Of a stretch of 64,000 nucleotides of DNA, positions 39,074 to 49,727 are shown piece by piece (the first letter of the stretch is position 1; the number at the start of each line of letters is the position of its first letter). The notes under the pieces were generated by a model, which saw nothing but the letters and a program-made list of their open reading frames with translations, ran no database searches and was not told the DNA's origin. Location: contig JBMFGW010000005.1 of NCBI GenBank assembly GCA_049977145.1, positions 39 through 64,038 on the forward strand, in the 5' to 3' direction. Source of the stretch: Phycisphaerae bacterium. Lineage in GTDB: Bacteria > Planctomycetota > Phycisphaerae > WQYP01. Position numbers and translations under genes: made by a program.

Positions 39074-41437
39074 ATGACGCCTGATACGACCACCGCAGCA
39101 ATACCGGATTTGTTGGCGCTCATTGAGCAACTCTGGGGATACAGCCACCTGCGCCCGCTGCAACAACAGGCCATGGAGGCGGTGCTAGCCAAACGCGATT
39201 CAGTGGTGGTTATGCCCACCGGCGGCGGAAAATCGTTGTGTTATCAGGCCCCGGCGATTCATCTGGCCCGCTTTGGCCGCGGACCGACCGTTGTGGTTTC
39301 ACCGCTGATAGCCTTGATGAAGGATCAGGTGGATGCACTGCAATCTCTAGGGGTGGCGGCGGCGCAGATAGATTCATCACTTAATACCGAGCAGCGTCGG
39401 CAAACCGCCGCACTACTGCGCGCCGGCAAATTGGATTTACTCTTTGTTTCACCGGAGAAACTCGTCGGACAGCAGGGCCGCGGAGATTCTTCCGAGGGCG
39501 GCGCGTTTGTGCAAATGCTCCGTGATTCTGGTGTTCAAACCTTTGCCATTGATGAAGCCCATTGCGTGAGCCACTGGGGCCATGATTTTCGCCCTGAGTA
39601 TCGCCGGCTTTCCAATCTCAAGACATTATTTCCCGGTTGTTCCATTCATGCCTTTACCGCCACCGCCACCGAACCGGTACGCGCGGATATTGCGCAACAG
39701 TTGCAGTTGGCTAATCCGGTGCAACTGGTAGGAAACTTTGATCGGCCCAATTTAACCTATCGCGTTTTGCCGCGCCGGGACATGATGGCGCAGATTCACG
39801 ACATTCTGGAGCGTCATCAAGATGAAGCGGGCATCATTTATTGCCTGCGCCGCCGCGATGTTGATGACACTGTGGCAGCACTGAACGTGCGCCACAAGGG
39901 CGGCGGGCCCAAGGCCCTGGGTTATCACGCCGGCATGACCCCTGAAATTCGCCGTAGAGTGCAAGAAGCGTTTGCCCAGGAACAATGTGATCTCATTGTG
40001 GCGACCATCGCGTTCGGCATGGGCATTGACCGATCAAACATTCGTTTTGTGTTGCACACCGGCATGCCCAAATCAATTGAGGCCTATCAACAGGAAACCG
40101 GGCGCGCCGGACGCGATGGCTTGGAAGCGGAATGTGTGCTGCTTTATTCCGGGCAGGATGTCATGACCTGGAAAGCACTCATTGAACATTCTGCCGCAGA
40201 GGCGGTGCTCGCCGGTACGCCCGTAAGCCCGGATTATGTACCCACGGCCCTGCGCCATCTTGATGATATGGACCGCTTTGCGCGGGGCGCTGTATGCCGG
40301 CACAAGGCCCTGGTAGAATATTTTGGTCAGCGCTATGTACCGCCCATACCGGATTCCGAATCGCCATCCACCGTTGGTAGTAATTGTCAGGCCTGTGATC
40401 ATTGTCTGGGCGACACCGAGCCAGTCGCCGCGGCGCTGGTCATCGCGCAAAAGATACTTTCCGCAGTGGCCCGCACCGACCAGCGCTTTGGCGTGGCCCA
40501 TATTCTGGCGGTGTTGCGTGGTGAAAACACCGAGAAAATCCGGCAACTCAAGCATGATCAACTTTCTGTACACGGCCTGCTGCGGGATTATGCCAAAGCC
40601 GATCTGCGTAACTTCGTGTACCAATTGGTTGGTCAAGGCGTGCTGGTGCAGGAAAATCTTATTTTGCGGGAGGGCCGCACGGCACCGATTCTCAAATTAA
40701 ATCAGGCGTCGGTGGCGGTGATGAAAGGACAACGGCAGGTGCGGCTGATTCAACTGGTGCAAAAATCAGCGGCGGAATCTGGTAAGTCCCAAACCAGGGA
40801 AATATCTTGGCAGGGTGTGGACCATGCGTTGTTTGATGCTTTGCGGGTATTGCGGCGCGACATCGCCGCCCAGCGTGGTGTAGCACCTTATGTGATTCTT
40901 TCTGATGCCACGCTGCGGGAATTGGCGCGCGTACGCCCCACCACCTTGACCGCCTTGCGGCTGATCTATGGCATCGGTGAAGCCAAACTCAAAAGCCTGG
41001 GCGACCAAATTGTCCCGCTGATTGCCGATTATTGCCGCATCCATAATATTCCCACGGATGTATCGATAAGCCGACAACAGCCGGTCAGCAAGCCCGTCAT
41101 CAGCAGCCGGCCCAATGCCGCGAAAGACCAAGCCTTCCAACTATTTGCCCAAGGCGGATCCATGAAGGAGGTTGCCGCCGCCATTGACCGCACGGAAAAG
41201 ACGGTTGCGGAATATCTGGCGGACTATATCACAATTAAGCAGCCAAAGTCGATCGCCGCGTGGGTGCCGGATGCAACGTTCCGGCGTATTGAGTCCGCCA
41301 TTGGCGCGCATGGCAGCGAGCGATTAAAGCCCATTTTTATAGCCTTGGATGAAAAGGTTCCTTATGAATACATTCGGTTGGTGGTCGCCTGGCTACAGCG
41401 TCGGCAAAACTCGCCGGAAGCCAGCGCTAATCGGTGA
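39074..41437 (+). CDS. recQ: ATP-dependent DNA helicase RecQ with extended C-terminal region
   Basis: Motif I PTGGGKSLCYQ, a DEAH box (FAIDEAHCVSHWGHDFRPEY), a Zn-binding CxxC cluster, then RQC/HRDC, plus about 170 extra C-terminal residues. Confidence 0.9.
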   Translation: MTPDTTTAAIPDLLALIEQLWGYSHLRPLQQQAMEAVLAKRDSVVVMPTGGGKSLCYQAPAIHLARFGRGPTVVVSPLIALMKDQVDALQSLGVAAAQIDSSLNTEQRRQTAALLRAGKLDLLFVSPEKLVGQQGRGDSSEGGAFVQMLRDSGVQTFAIDEAHCVSHWGHDFRPEYRRLSNLKTLFPGCSIHAFTATATEPVRADIAQQLQLANPVQLVGNFDRPNLTYRVLPRRDMMAQIHDILERHQDEAGIIYCLRRRDVDDTVAALNVRHKGGGPKALGYHAGMTPEIRRRVQEAFAQEQCDLIVATIAFGMGIDRSNIRFVLHTGMPKSIEAYQQETGRAGRDGLEAECVLLYSGQDVMTWKALIEHSAAEAVLAGTPVSPDYVPTALRHLDDMDRFARGAVCRHKALVEYFGQRYVPPIPDSESPSTVGSNCQACDHCLGDTEPVAAALVIAQKILSAVARTDQRFGVAHILAVLRGENTEKIRQLKHDQLSVHGLLRDYAKADLRNFVYQLVGQGVLVQENLILREGRTAPILKLNQASVAVMKGQRQVRLIQLVQKSAAESGKSQTREISWQGVDHALFDALRVLRRDIAAQRGVAPYVILSDATLRELARVRPTTLTALRLIYGIGEAKLKSLGDQIVPLIADYCRIHNIPTDVSISRQQPVSKPVISSRPNAAKDQAFQLFAQGGSMKEVAAAIDRTEKTVAEYLADYITIKQPKSIAAWVPDATFRRIESAIGAHGSERLKPIFIALDEKVPYEYIRLVVAWLQRRQNSPEASANR

Positions 41438-41561
41438 ATTTCCTAGACTTAATTCAGTTTGCTCCCGATAGCATGGCATTGTTAAGTCACGGTATAATAC
41501 ATAAGATATTATTGTGACCGGTGAAAAATTCACGGTCTGAGATGTTAATAAGGAGTAGGTC

Positions 41562-44309
41562 TTGGCAGTCGTCGCACAGAATAGTAAAAACACAAGTATC
41601 CCCACCGTTCGCCGTCCGTTGGAATCTTTGATGCATCCACGGAATGTTGCCGTGATTGGCGCGACAGAAAACCCCGGTTCCGTAGGGCGCACACTGCTGT
41701 GGAATCTCATTTCGTCACCATTCGGTGGCACGGTATTTCCGGTAAATCCGAAGCGGCCCAGTGTGTTGGGGATCAAGGCCTATGCGACCATACGCGATGT
41801 GCCGGAGCCGGTGGATCTCGCGGTAATCTGTACTCCCGCCGCCACTGTTCCGGATCTGGTGGCGCAATGCGGCGCGGCGGGGATTCCCGGTGCCATTATT
41901 ATCTCGGCGGGCTTCAAGGAACTGGGCGCACCAGGCGTGGAGTTGGAACGGCAAATTGCGGTTCAGGCCCGCCAATATTCCATGCGGATCATTGGGCCGA
42001 ACTGTCTGGGAGTACAAAATCCACTGCTTGGTTTTAATGCTACATTCGCGCGTGGTATAGCGCGGGCGGGTTCCATAGCGTTTCTCTCGCAGTCCGGCGC
42101 ATTGTTGACGGGTATTCTCGATTGGGCCGAACGCGAGCAGATTGGCTTTAGTTCCATTGTTTCCTTGGGGTCCATGCTGGATGTCGGTTTTGGTGACTTA
42201 ATTGATTATCTTGGTGATGATCCACGCACCCGTGCCATTCTAATTTATATGGAAAGTATTGGTAACCCGCGTCAATTCATTTCCGCCGCGCGTGAGGTGG
42301 CATTAACCAAACCCATTATTATTATCAAAGCGGGCCGCACCGCCGCCGCCGCCGCCGCCGCCGCCAGTCATACCGGTTCCATGACTGGTTCCGATGAAGT
42401 GCTCGACGCGGTGTTCCGCCGCGTTGGTATTTTACGGGTAAATGAAATCAGTGAATTGTTTGATCTAACTGAAGTATTGGCACATCAGCCTCGTCCCAAG
42501 GGACCTAACCTGACGATTCTCACTAACGCTGGCGGCCCCGGCGTACTGGCGACCGATGCGCTCATTCAGGGCGGAGGCGAGTTAACCAAGTTGTCCGAGC
42601 CTACCATGAAGGAGCTTAATGCGCTACTGCCGGGGCCATGGTCGCATGGCAATCCGGTAGATATTCTTGGCGATGCTTCTCCGGAACGTTATGCCAAATC
42701 GCTTGAAATCGCGGCCCGCGATGCCCACTCAGATGGCATGTTGGTCATTCTGACGCCACAGGACATGACCGACCCCACCCGGTCCGCCGAGGCGCTGGTT
42801 GTCGCCGCCAAGGGCCAGTCCAAACCGGTACTGGCTAGTTGGATGGGAGGAGCCATGGTTCGGGCGGGCGAGGAAATCCTGAATCGCGCCGGTATTCCGA
42901 CGTTTGCTTATCCTGATGCGGCGGCCAGCGCGTTTAATTATCTCTGGCGCTATGACCGGGCGCTTAAATCTCTGTATCAAACGCCGCGCTCTGCCGGAGA
43001 TCAACCTTCCGATACGCAGTGCCAAACGCAGGTGCAGTCGCTGTTTGCCAAGGTACTTGCTGAAAAACGCACCACGCTTACCGAGCCGGAATCCAAAGAG
43101 TTGTTGAGCGCTTACGGCATCCCCATCACACCTACGCACGTCGCCGCCACTGCGCAAGAAGCCATTGCGGCCGCTGAAAAACTTGGCTATCCCGTGGTGC
43201 TTAAAGTTTTCTCAAAAACCATTTCCCATAAAACTGATGTTGGCGGCGTGCAACTGAATCTTTCCTGCGCTGCGGCGGTGAAACAAGCCTTTGAAAGTAT
43301 CCAAGCTTCGGTCACCGCCAAGGCCAGCGCCAAGCAATTCCAAGGCGTTACCGTGCAACCCATGGTACGTTTGTCCGATGCCTATGAATTAATCCTTGGC
43401 TCCACAATTGATGCCCAATTTGGTCCGGTACTGCTATTTGGTGCCGGTGGACAAATGGTGGAATTATTCCGTGACCACGCCCTGGCGCTACCACCGTTGA
43501 ATTCCACGCTCGCCAGGCAGATGATCAATCAGACCAAAATCAGCAAAGCTCTAGCGGGAATTCGCGGTCGTGCCGCTGTAGATGTGGTCGAACTGGAACG
43601 CATTCTGGTGCGTTTCAGTGCTATGGTGATTGAAAACCCGCGTATCAAGGAAATTGATATTAACCCACTGCTGGTAAGTCCCAAACAATTTGTCGCCTTG
43701 GATGCCCGGGTAATACTTTATCCCGCCGATGTTCCCGATGCGGCTTTGCCGCGCCCGGCCATCCGTCCCTATCCGGCACAATATGTTCATACCATTAAAA
43801 CGGATGATGGTCAGTCCATCCTTTTACGCCCCATTATGCCGCAAGACGAACCATTGATTGTTAAATTTCATCAATCGCTATCCACGGAAACGGTGCGGAA
43901 CCGTTTCTACAACGTTATGAAATTGGAAGACCGTATCGCCCATGAACGGCTCGTGCGTGTCTGTATGAATGACTATGACCGGGAAATTGCGCTCGTGGCA
44001 CAAAGTTCCCGCCCCGATGGCACAGCGGAAATCGTCGGGGTAAGTCGGCTGTCAAAAATCCGCGGCACCAACAAAGCGGAAGCCTCGGTGGTCGTAGCGG
44101 ACGCATGGCAAAGCCGGGGCATTGGAACGGCGCTGCTGGAGGAAGCCGTTAAAATTGCACGAATCGAAGGCGTGTCACACTTGTTTGCCACCGCCTTGGC
44201 GGAGAATCTGGAAGTTCAGCATGTGCTGACGAAAAAACTGGGTTTTAAGGTAACTTCGGAAGCGCAAGGCCCAACGGTCCACTTTGAACTCACTATCGCC
44301 AAGACCTGA
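41562..44309 (+). CDS. pat: Pat-type protein lysine acetyltransferase (NDP-forming acyl-CoA synthetase-like domains fused to C-terminal GNAT)
   Basis: N-terminal CoA-binding VAVIGAT..GSVG, a succinyl-CoA-synthetase-like section, an ATP-grasp section, and a C-terminal GNAT ([13 protein letters not shown]). Confidence 0.75.
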   Translation: MAVVAQNSKNTSIPTVRRPLESLMHPRNVAVIGATENPGSVGRTLLWNLISSPFGGTVFPVNPKRPSVLGIKAYATIRDVPEPVDLAVICTPAATVPDLVAQCGAAGIPGAIIISAGFKELGAPGVELERQIAVQARQYSMRIIGPNCLGVQNPLLGFNATFARGIARAGSIAFLSQSGALLTGILDWAEREQIGFSSIVSLGSMLDVGFGDLIDYLGDDPRTRAILIYMESIGNPRQFISAAREVALTKPIIIIKAGRTAAAAAAAASHTGSMTGSDEVLDAVFRRVGILRVNEISELFDLTEVLAHQPRPKGPNLTILTNAGGPGVLATDALIQGGGELTKLSEPTMKELNALLPGPWSHGNPVDILGDASPERYAKSLEIAARDAHSDGMLVILTPQDMTDPTRSAEALVVAAKGQSKPVLASWMGGAMVRAGEEILNRAGIPTFAYPDAAASAFNYLWRYDRALKSLYQTPRSAGDQPSDTQCQTQVQSLFAKVLAEKRTTLTEPESKELLSAYGIPITPTHVAATAQEAIAAAEKLGYPVVLKVFSKTISHKTDVGGVQLNLSCAAAVKQAFESIQASVTAKASAKQFQGVTVQPMVRLSDAYELILGSTIDAQFGPVLLFGAGGQMVELFRDHALALPPLNSTLARQMINQTKISKALAGIRGRAAVDVVELERILVRFSAMVIENPRIKEIDINPLLVSPKQFVALDARVILYPADVPDAALPRPAIRPYPAQYVHTIKTDDGQSILLRPIMPQDEPLIVKFHQSLSTETVRNRFYNVMKLEDRIAHERLVRVCMNDYDREIALVAQSSRPDGTAEIVGVSRLSKIRGTNKAEASVVVADAWQSRGIGTALLEEAVKIARIEGVSHLFATALAENLEVQHVLTKKLGFKVTSEAQGPTVHFELTIAKT
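42342..42365 (+). repeat. (GCC)8 trinucleotide microsatellite encoding an Ala8 linker inside pat
   Basis: Perfect GCC x8 read directly. The translation is [10 protein letters not shown]. Confidence 0.9.
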
Positions 44310-44325
44310 CATTACATAATAGCGA

Positions 44326-44389
44326 CTAAGGAGTCTGCCTGAGTTAATCACCATCGCAATCCCGGCGATTACTCGGACAGGCTCCTTAG
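44326..44389. terminator. Stem-loop between convergent pat and SNF2 helicase genes; candidate bidirectional terminator
   Basis: CTAAGGAGTCTGCC ... GGACAGGCTCCTTAG arms with an inner ATCGC/GCGAT stem. A-rich tract CCCCAAAAAG follows, giving a U-run on the minus strand. Confidence 0.35.
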
Positions 44390-44473
44390 GCCTTCCGCAC
44401 CCCAAAAAGTCTGAAAACCAAGGTACCCCGTATTCCTATGCCGTTTAAACGCCAAGACTGGAATGGGCGGACC

Positions 44474-47400
44474 TTAAGCCAGCGGAGCGAACAGAGATTT
44501 AAGTTCTTCATCACCAAGTTTCAGCGGCATTTGGCCGGTATCATCCAACAGGTCGGCAACCAATTCACGTTTGCGCTGTTGGAGGGCCTGAATCTTTTCT
44601 TCCACCGTGCCCTGCGTGATAAGTTTGTATACAAATACCGTTTTATCCTGCCCGATGCGGTGCGCGCGATCGGTGGCCTGATTTTCCACCGCCGGATTCC
44701 ACCACGGATCATAATGAATGACGGTATCGGCGGCGGTCAGGTTCAATCCCGTGCCACCGGCTTTGAGGCTGATTAAAAACAGCGGAACCTCGCCGCGCTG
44801 AAAGGATTGCACCGGCGTATCGCGGTCGCGGGTATCGCCGGTGAGACGAACATATTGAATTTTTAATTCCGCCAGCTTCTTCTCAATAAGTTCTAACATG
44901 CTGGTGAATTGGGAAAACAGCAGAATCTTCCGACCTTCTTCGATCATGGGCGGCAGGGTTTGCGTAAGCCAATCGAGTTTGGCGGATTGCATTACTTTTT
45001 GGGCGCTGGGGAGTTTGAGCAGCCGCGGATCGCAGCAAACTTGCCGAAGTTTCAGCAATGCTTCCAGAATAAAAATGTGACTGCGGGCCAAGCCCAGATT
45101 GGCAATCTGGTTGCGAACGTGGCTTTCCATAGTCACGCGGATACTTTCATAAAGATCCCGCTGGGGGCCGACAAGTTCAATTTCCTGCACCATCTCATTT
45201 TTGGGCGGTAACTCCAGGGCCACTTGGCTTTTGCGGCGACGCAGCACCAGTGGTGCGATACGCTGGGCCAATGCTTTGCGGCGCGAAGCATCTCCAGCTT
45301 TTTCAATTGGATCGCGATATAGCTGACGGAATTGCCGATTGTTTCCCAGAAACCCGGGCATGAGAAAATCAAAAATAGCCCAAAGTTCCCCCAGATGATT
45401 TTCCATGGGGGTGCCGGTCATGGCCAAGCGGTGTCGCGTAATGAGCTTGCGGGCCGCCTGGGCGTACTGCGTGTTGGGATTTTTGACCATTTGCGCTTCG
45501 TCCAGAATGACCTGATGGTAGGGTTGCTTGATCAAAAAATCCTGATCCCGGGCCAGCAACTGATAGCTGGTGATGATCAAATCATATTCCGCCAATTTTT
45601 CAAAATGTTCTTTTCGTCTCGATCCGTGCAATACCAAAACCCGCAAATCCGGGGCAAAACGCTGGGTTTCCTGCCGCCAATTTCCCATCAGGCTTGTGGG
45701 GGCCACCACCAGAGTCGGACGATCCAGTCGCCCGGAGTGTTTATCACATAGCAGATGCGCCAGTGCCTGAACGGTTTTACCCAGCCCCATATCATCAGCA
45801 AGAATACCGGAAAGATCACATTCCCTCAGGAATTGCAGCCAGTTCAGACCTTGTTGCTGGTACGGTCGCAAGGTGGCGACCAATCCCGGCGGCGGTGCTA
45901 TCGCCGTGGTGGATGCCGTGCGGATGCGTGCAATAAGATCACGCACCTGTTGACTGCCTGACCATTGCCAACCATCCACACCGGCAAACTGTGCCGCCCG
46001 CAGGCGATCAGCCCGCAGTGGTCCGGATAAATCGGCATTGATTGCAAACAACTCCAGCAGCAGATCACGAATACGGTTCAACCGGTCCTGTGGGAGCTGC
46101 ACATACCGCCCATCGGGCAGTTGAATTTCCAGTTCCTCTTTCCGAAAATTCCCGGCAGCACTACTCCGCGCGGCCAATATCTTACGCAGTATTGGAAGCA
46201 GGCTGATGCGCGCCCCATCAACGATTATTCCCAGATCAACATTAAACCAGTCCTGGTCAGACGCGTCGGCTGCAATGGTATCCATGAACCAGTCTTCCAC
46301 GGCAGCCCGCCGCAGTTTGCACGACTCATCATATTCAATAATCCAACCGCTGGCCTCCAGAATTTTCATCGGCCCGTCCATCCAGCTTTGCCAGCTTTCC
46401 AAGCTGTTGTCCGCCCGTGCCAATATGTAGACTCCCTTGCCTTCGACCAGGCGCAGTTGTGCCGCCTTTAATTCTTCCATGCGTTTTTGCTCCAGTGCTG
46501 GATTGCGCACCGTGCAGTAACGTTGTCCGTTAATCAATCGCTCAAGCGTTGTTTCCCGCTCGCTGGTTCCTATACGTATTCCACCATAGGCGAACTCGAC
46601 GTTGGCCCAGTGCACAAAATCACCCGGCGTATTACCATCAAGGGAAAATCTGGCAAAATACCCCCTCCAACCTAACTGTAAGCCGCTAAAAAACATTAAC
46701 ACCGGCTGTGGCCGCGCATCAATCCAGTGCGCTTTGGGAATCGGCGGCGGCAGAGGCAGTTGATATGCGGCCGAAAATGCCGCAATGGTACTATGAAAGC
46801 GTGGTTGAATAGGCGGTGCGACTAGCCAGTGTTGCGCGACGGGCACGGGAATATCCGTACGCACCGACCCGATCATATTGGCGGCCGCATCTACATAAAT
46901 CATCGGTGAACCCAGAAATACCTCGGCCGGCGGCATAACGGTAATGGTAGTGCGTTGCCGCAGATCCGACTCGGTAATCCAACCCGCTTCACCCAAACGC
47001 GGTTGCCCCCATGTCAGCGGCGGATTGGTGTGATAAGTAAAATAACAACGTCCGGTGGCGACAAGTTTTTCCAACACCAGCGCAGAAAATTCATCGGAAA
47101 TAATCAGATGCTGGTATCCATCATGCACTGAAAATCCGCGAAACAGACGAAATATGCTTAAATCCTCCGGTGTCATTTTGATGGATCTGTTCGGAAAAAA
47201 CGGATCGAATCGCCGCAACGAGCCAAGACGCCCATTCTTTTTCAAAGTGACCTTGTTAACGGTAATAGCCATTGTGTGGGGCATGGACGACAACGCGGAG
47301 AGAATATAAACAATCTGCGTCTTATTTGCCGCAGGTTTCATATTGTGATCGGCATCTCCCAATTCCCGAACCGTACTCAATTGCTCCAGCCATTCTTGGA

Positions 47401-47842
47401 CGTCCCATGGCAACGGATCTTCCGGCGGAACTTGCGTATTGGCAGAGCCGATGGCCCTCGTTGCGAGCGCCGTTGGGACGGGACGATCTTCCGGATGCCG
47501 TTGAAAATAAGCCTCCTGTTCCGCAACCTCTTTGAGAAAGTTGGTGATGGACTCCGCGCCACCAATGGCAATCAGCAGTGCCGAAATATGATGACACCGC
47601 GTCTGAGAGCCGCACTCACATGCCCCTATAAGTTGAATGACGCCATTTGGATCATTTTGTATCACAACTTTGACCGCAATAAGCGAGTTATCTTCCTCTT
47701 TGACAATTCCTGAAATTGTGGAGGCAACCGGATTGAACTCAATACGGCTAACCCGCTTGGCGACAAAGTATTGCGTCCCTTTGGCGATGCATCCGGGAGT
47801 AAAGTTCCCGGCAAATTCTCCAAGATTCGTATCCATGTGCAC
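44474..47842 (-). CDS. SNF2-family helicase with N-terminal SWIM zinc finger (1122 aa)
   Basis: A SWIM CxC..CxH motif (GACECGSQTRCHHISA). SNF2 motif I LADDMGLGKT, a DEAQ box, and a helicase-C with QATDRAHRIGQ. Confidence 0.85.
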   Translation of the reverse strand: MHMDTNLGEFAGNFTPGCIAKGTQYFVAKRVSRIEFNPVASTISGIVKEEDNSLIAVKVVIQNDPNGVIQLIGACECGSQTRCHHISALLIAIGGAESITNFLKEVAEQEAYFQRHPEDRPVPTALATRAIGSANTQVPPEDPLPWDVQEWLEQLSTVRELGDADHNMKPAANKTQIVYILSALSSMPHTMAITVNKVTLKKNGRLGSLRRFDPFFPNRSIKMTPEDLSIFRLFRGFSVHDGYQHLIISDEFSALVLEKLVATGRCYFTYHTNPPLTWGQPRLGEAGWITESDLRQRTTITVMPPAEVFLGSPMIYVDAAANMIGSVRTDIPVPVAQHWLVAPPIQPRFHSTIAAFSAAYQLPLPPPIPKAHWIDARPQPVLMFFSGLQLGWRGYFARFSLDGNTPGDFVHWANVEFAYGGIRIGTSERETTLERLINGQRYCTVRNPALEQKRMEELKAAQLRLVEGKGVYILARADNSLESWQSWMDGPMKILEASGWIIEYDESCKLRRAAVEDWFMDTIAADASDQDWFNVDLGIIVDGARISLLPILRKILAARSSAAGNFRKEELEIQLPDGRYVQLPQDRLNRIRDLLLELFAINADLSGPLRADRLRAAQFAGVDGWQWSGSQQVRDLIARIRTASTTAIAPPPGLVATLRPYQQQGLNWLQFLRECDLSGILADDMGLGKTVQALAHLLCDKHSGRLDRPTLVVAPTSLMGNWRQETQRFAPDLRVLVLHGSRRKEHFEKLAEYDLIITSYQLLARDQDFLIKQPYHQVILDEAQMVKNPNTQYAQAARKLITRHRLAMTGTPMENHLGELWAIFDFLMPGFLGNNRQFRQLYRDPIEKAGDASRRKALAQRIAPLVLRRRKSQVALELPPKNEMVQEIELVGPQRDLYESIRVTMESHVRNQIANLGLARSHIFILEALLKLRQVCCDPRLLKLPSAQKVMQSAKLDWLTQTLPPMIEEGRKILLFSQFTSMLELIEKKLAELKIQYVRLTGDTRDRDTPVQSFQRGEVPLFLISLKAGGTGLNLTAADTVIHYDPWWNPAVENQATDRAHRIGQDKTVFVYKLITQGTVEEKIQALQQRKRELVADLLDDTGQMPLKLGDEELKSLFAPLA

Positions 47843-47924
47843 AAGATGTCCTTAAAGTTTTGCAAATCTTACAGTTTACGCTTTAGCGGGCAGGCGGACA
47901 AACCAATTTCATGTTCGTTGATCG

Positions 47925-48045
47925 CGACACTATAATTCGCAATATAAGAATATTAGTTTGTATTAACGACATATATAATAATTATTGTTGTTTTCATTGA
48001 TATTATATTGCATCTTGATCCGATAATTATCATAATAGGCGTTGT
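47925..48045. promoter_or_regulatory. Strongly AT-rich island (roughly 25-30% GC in a 57% GC background) between divergent SNF2 and hc1-like genes
   Basis: Read directly. Examples are atataataattattgttgttttcattgatattatattg and ccgataattatcataatagg. Confidence 0.5.
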
Positions 48046-48098
48046 CTTTGTTGCATCGGCAAGGGATGTAGTCCGCCGGGACAAGGCTTTTAACCGTC

Positions 48099-48329
48099 GT
48101 GAAGGAGCGCGATCTTATGCAGGAATACGAAACTCTCAAACAATTAATTGAACAGGCAGCCGACGATATTGCCAAGGCTGAAGGTGGTAATAGAAACGCG
48201 GGGACTCGTGCACGCAAGACGATGCAGCAAATTCGCCAAAGCGCACAAAGCATCCGTGTGAAGATTCTGGAATTGCGCGGACAAGAGCAGCCCGCGGCCT
48301 CACACGAGGTTACACCTCCGCAGAGCTAA
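48099..48329 (+). CDS. hctA: Histone H1-like Hc1 N-terminal-domain protein (no Lys-rich tail)
   Basis: AKAEGGNRNAGTRARKTMQQI aligns with the chlamydial Hc1 core AEKGNKAAAQRVRTESIKL as I recall it. 76 aa. Confidence 0.5.
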   Translation: MKERDLMQEYETLKQLIEQAADDIAKAEGGNRNAGTRARKTMQQIRQSAQSIRVKILELRGQEQPAASHEVTPPQS

Positions 48330-49396
48330 AGTCGCCGCGGCCAACCTTTACCAGCATGGTCACTGCGCCGTGCAGAGTCGTGGCGGATGGGGTGGATTAG
48401 GCGAATGCGCTGAGCGCTAAGTATTAACGTTATACGCCCTGTGAATTGTATAGTTGCCCGCGCGGTCGGTGTGCGTAGTTTATCCAACACATCCAGTAAG
48501 GTTGTAGTGTTGATGCCATCGGTATCACCGCTGATGGCGGTAATCGCCATACGCAGTGCCAGCGCTGCGGGCGCCGGTGCGGCTTGAGCTATAACATTCC
48601 GCGCCAGGCTTGCGCCTCCACAACGGCGCCGATAGTTGGCGGTACGCAGCAATTGCCGGGCATGTTCGTTTAAAAAATCCGCCGTCGCCCGGTCATGTCG
48701 GGCATTGCGTTGCAGCAACTCCCGGATACGTGGTTGATAGGTTTCCAAAATAGGTAACAACTCATGCCGGATGCGGTTGCGGAAAAATTTCGGGTCCGAA
48801 TTACTGCGATCCTCCCGCCACAATGCGCCTAAACGTAAAAGCCAGGTTCTAAGCGCTTCCCGTGGCCAAGGCAGCAGCGGACGCACCAGCCGGATTTTCT
48901 CGCGCCGCTCATCATCACTCATGCCAGCCAAGCCCGTAACTCCAGCCCCGCGCAACATTCGCATCAGAATGGTTTCCGCCTGATCATCCGCATGATGCGC
49001 CAAAGCTATGACGGTGCATCGGTTCCGCTTCGCCATGGACAGCAGCGCCTTATAGCGGGCGTCCCGCGAGCTATTCTCACTGACCCGTTTTAATTGCCGT
49101 GCAGGTTTGAGATTCAGGTCTTTGCAACGAAAAGGCAGGCCCAATGAGAGCGCCAGCCGACGAACAAAATCTTCATCCCGCTTTGATTCCCGGCCTCGCA
49201 GACCGTGGTTGACATGCCCCACAATCAGCGTCCAATGCCAATAATCCGATTTGTTTACCGCATGAAGAAGCCGCACCAGAGCCACACTGTCGGCCCCGCC
49301 GGAACAGGCCACCAGAATCCGCACGCAGGGTTCCAACAACCGTCGCCGGTGCAAGTATTGGTCAAGCTCTTGAATAAGACCCTTGGGTGCGGGCAT
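48326..49396 (-). CDS. tilS: tRNA(Ile)-lysidine synthetase
   Basis: A PP-loop ILVACSGGADS, and an N-type ATP-pyrophosphatase fold. Start uncertain (49396, 49435 or 49483). Confidence 0.8.
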   Translation of the reverse strand: MPAPKGLIQELDQYLHRRRLLEPCVRILVACSGGADSVALVRLLHAVNKSDYWHWTLIVGHVNHGLRGRESKRDEDFVRRLALSLGLPFRCKDLNLKPARQLKRVSENSSRDARYKALLSMAKRNRCTVIALAHHADDQAETILMRMLRGAGVTGLAGMSDDERREKIRLVRPLLPWPREALRTWLLRLGALWREDRSNSDPKFFRNRIRHELLPILETYQPRIRELLQRNARHDRATADFLNEHARQLLRTANYRRRCGGASLARNVIAQAAPAPAALALRMAITAISGDTDGINTTTLLDVLDKLRTPTARATIQFTGRITLILSAQRIRLIHPIRHDSARRSDHAGKGWPRRL

Positions 49397-49727
49397 AATA
49401 CATCCTATGAAATACCGGCTGGATTTTAACGCCATACCGTTGCCTTGGCCATGGGGATACCTGCTTAGACACGCATTGGGCATGGGGAGCTTTCTTTGCG
49501 GCGTGCCGTGGCGACATCCCCCCCACCGGCTTTATCGACGGTGGAACATGCCTTGGACGCGCCGATCGATCCTGGTGCGACGAGACGAGCGTCATTGCAT
49601 ATCACCGCCAAACAATGTTGAATTTTATGCATTTCCTGCTGACGCACCGGGACAGCACCGGCGGCAATGTAAGTTTCCGTCAGTTCGGCAAAACGTGCGA
49701 TGGTGTATTACCCTCGGTATCGCCATG

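Noticed and set aside
44474-47842. SNF2 helicase as part of a DISARM/BREX-like defence island
   Set aside because: No adjacent methyltransferase, PLD-nuclease, DUF1998, PglZ or Lon-like genes. The neighbours are pat, the hc1-like gene and tilS.
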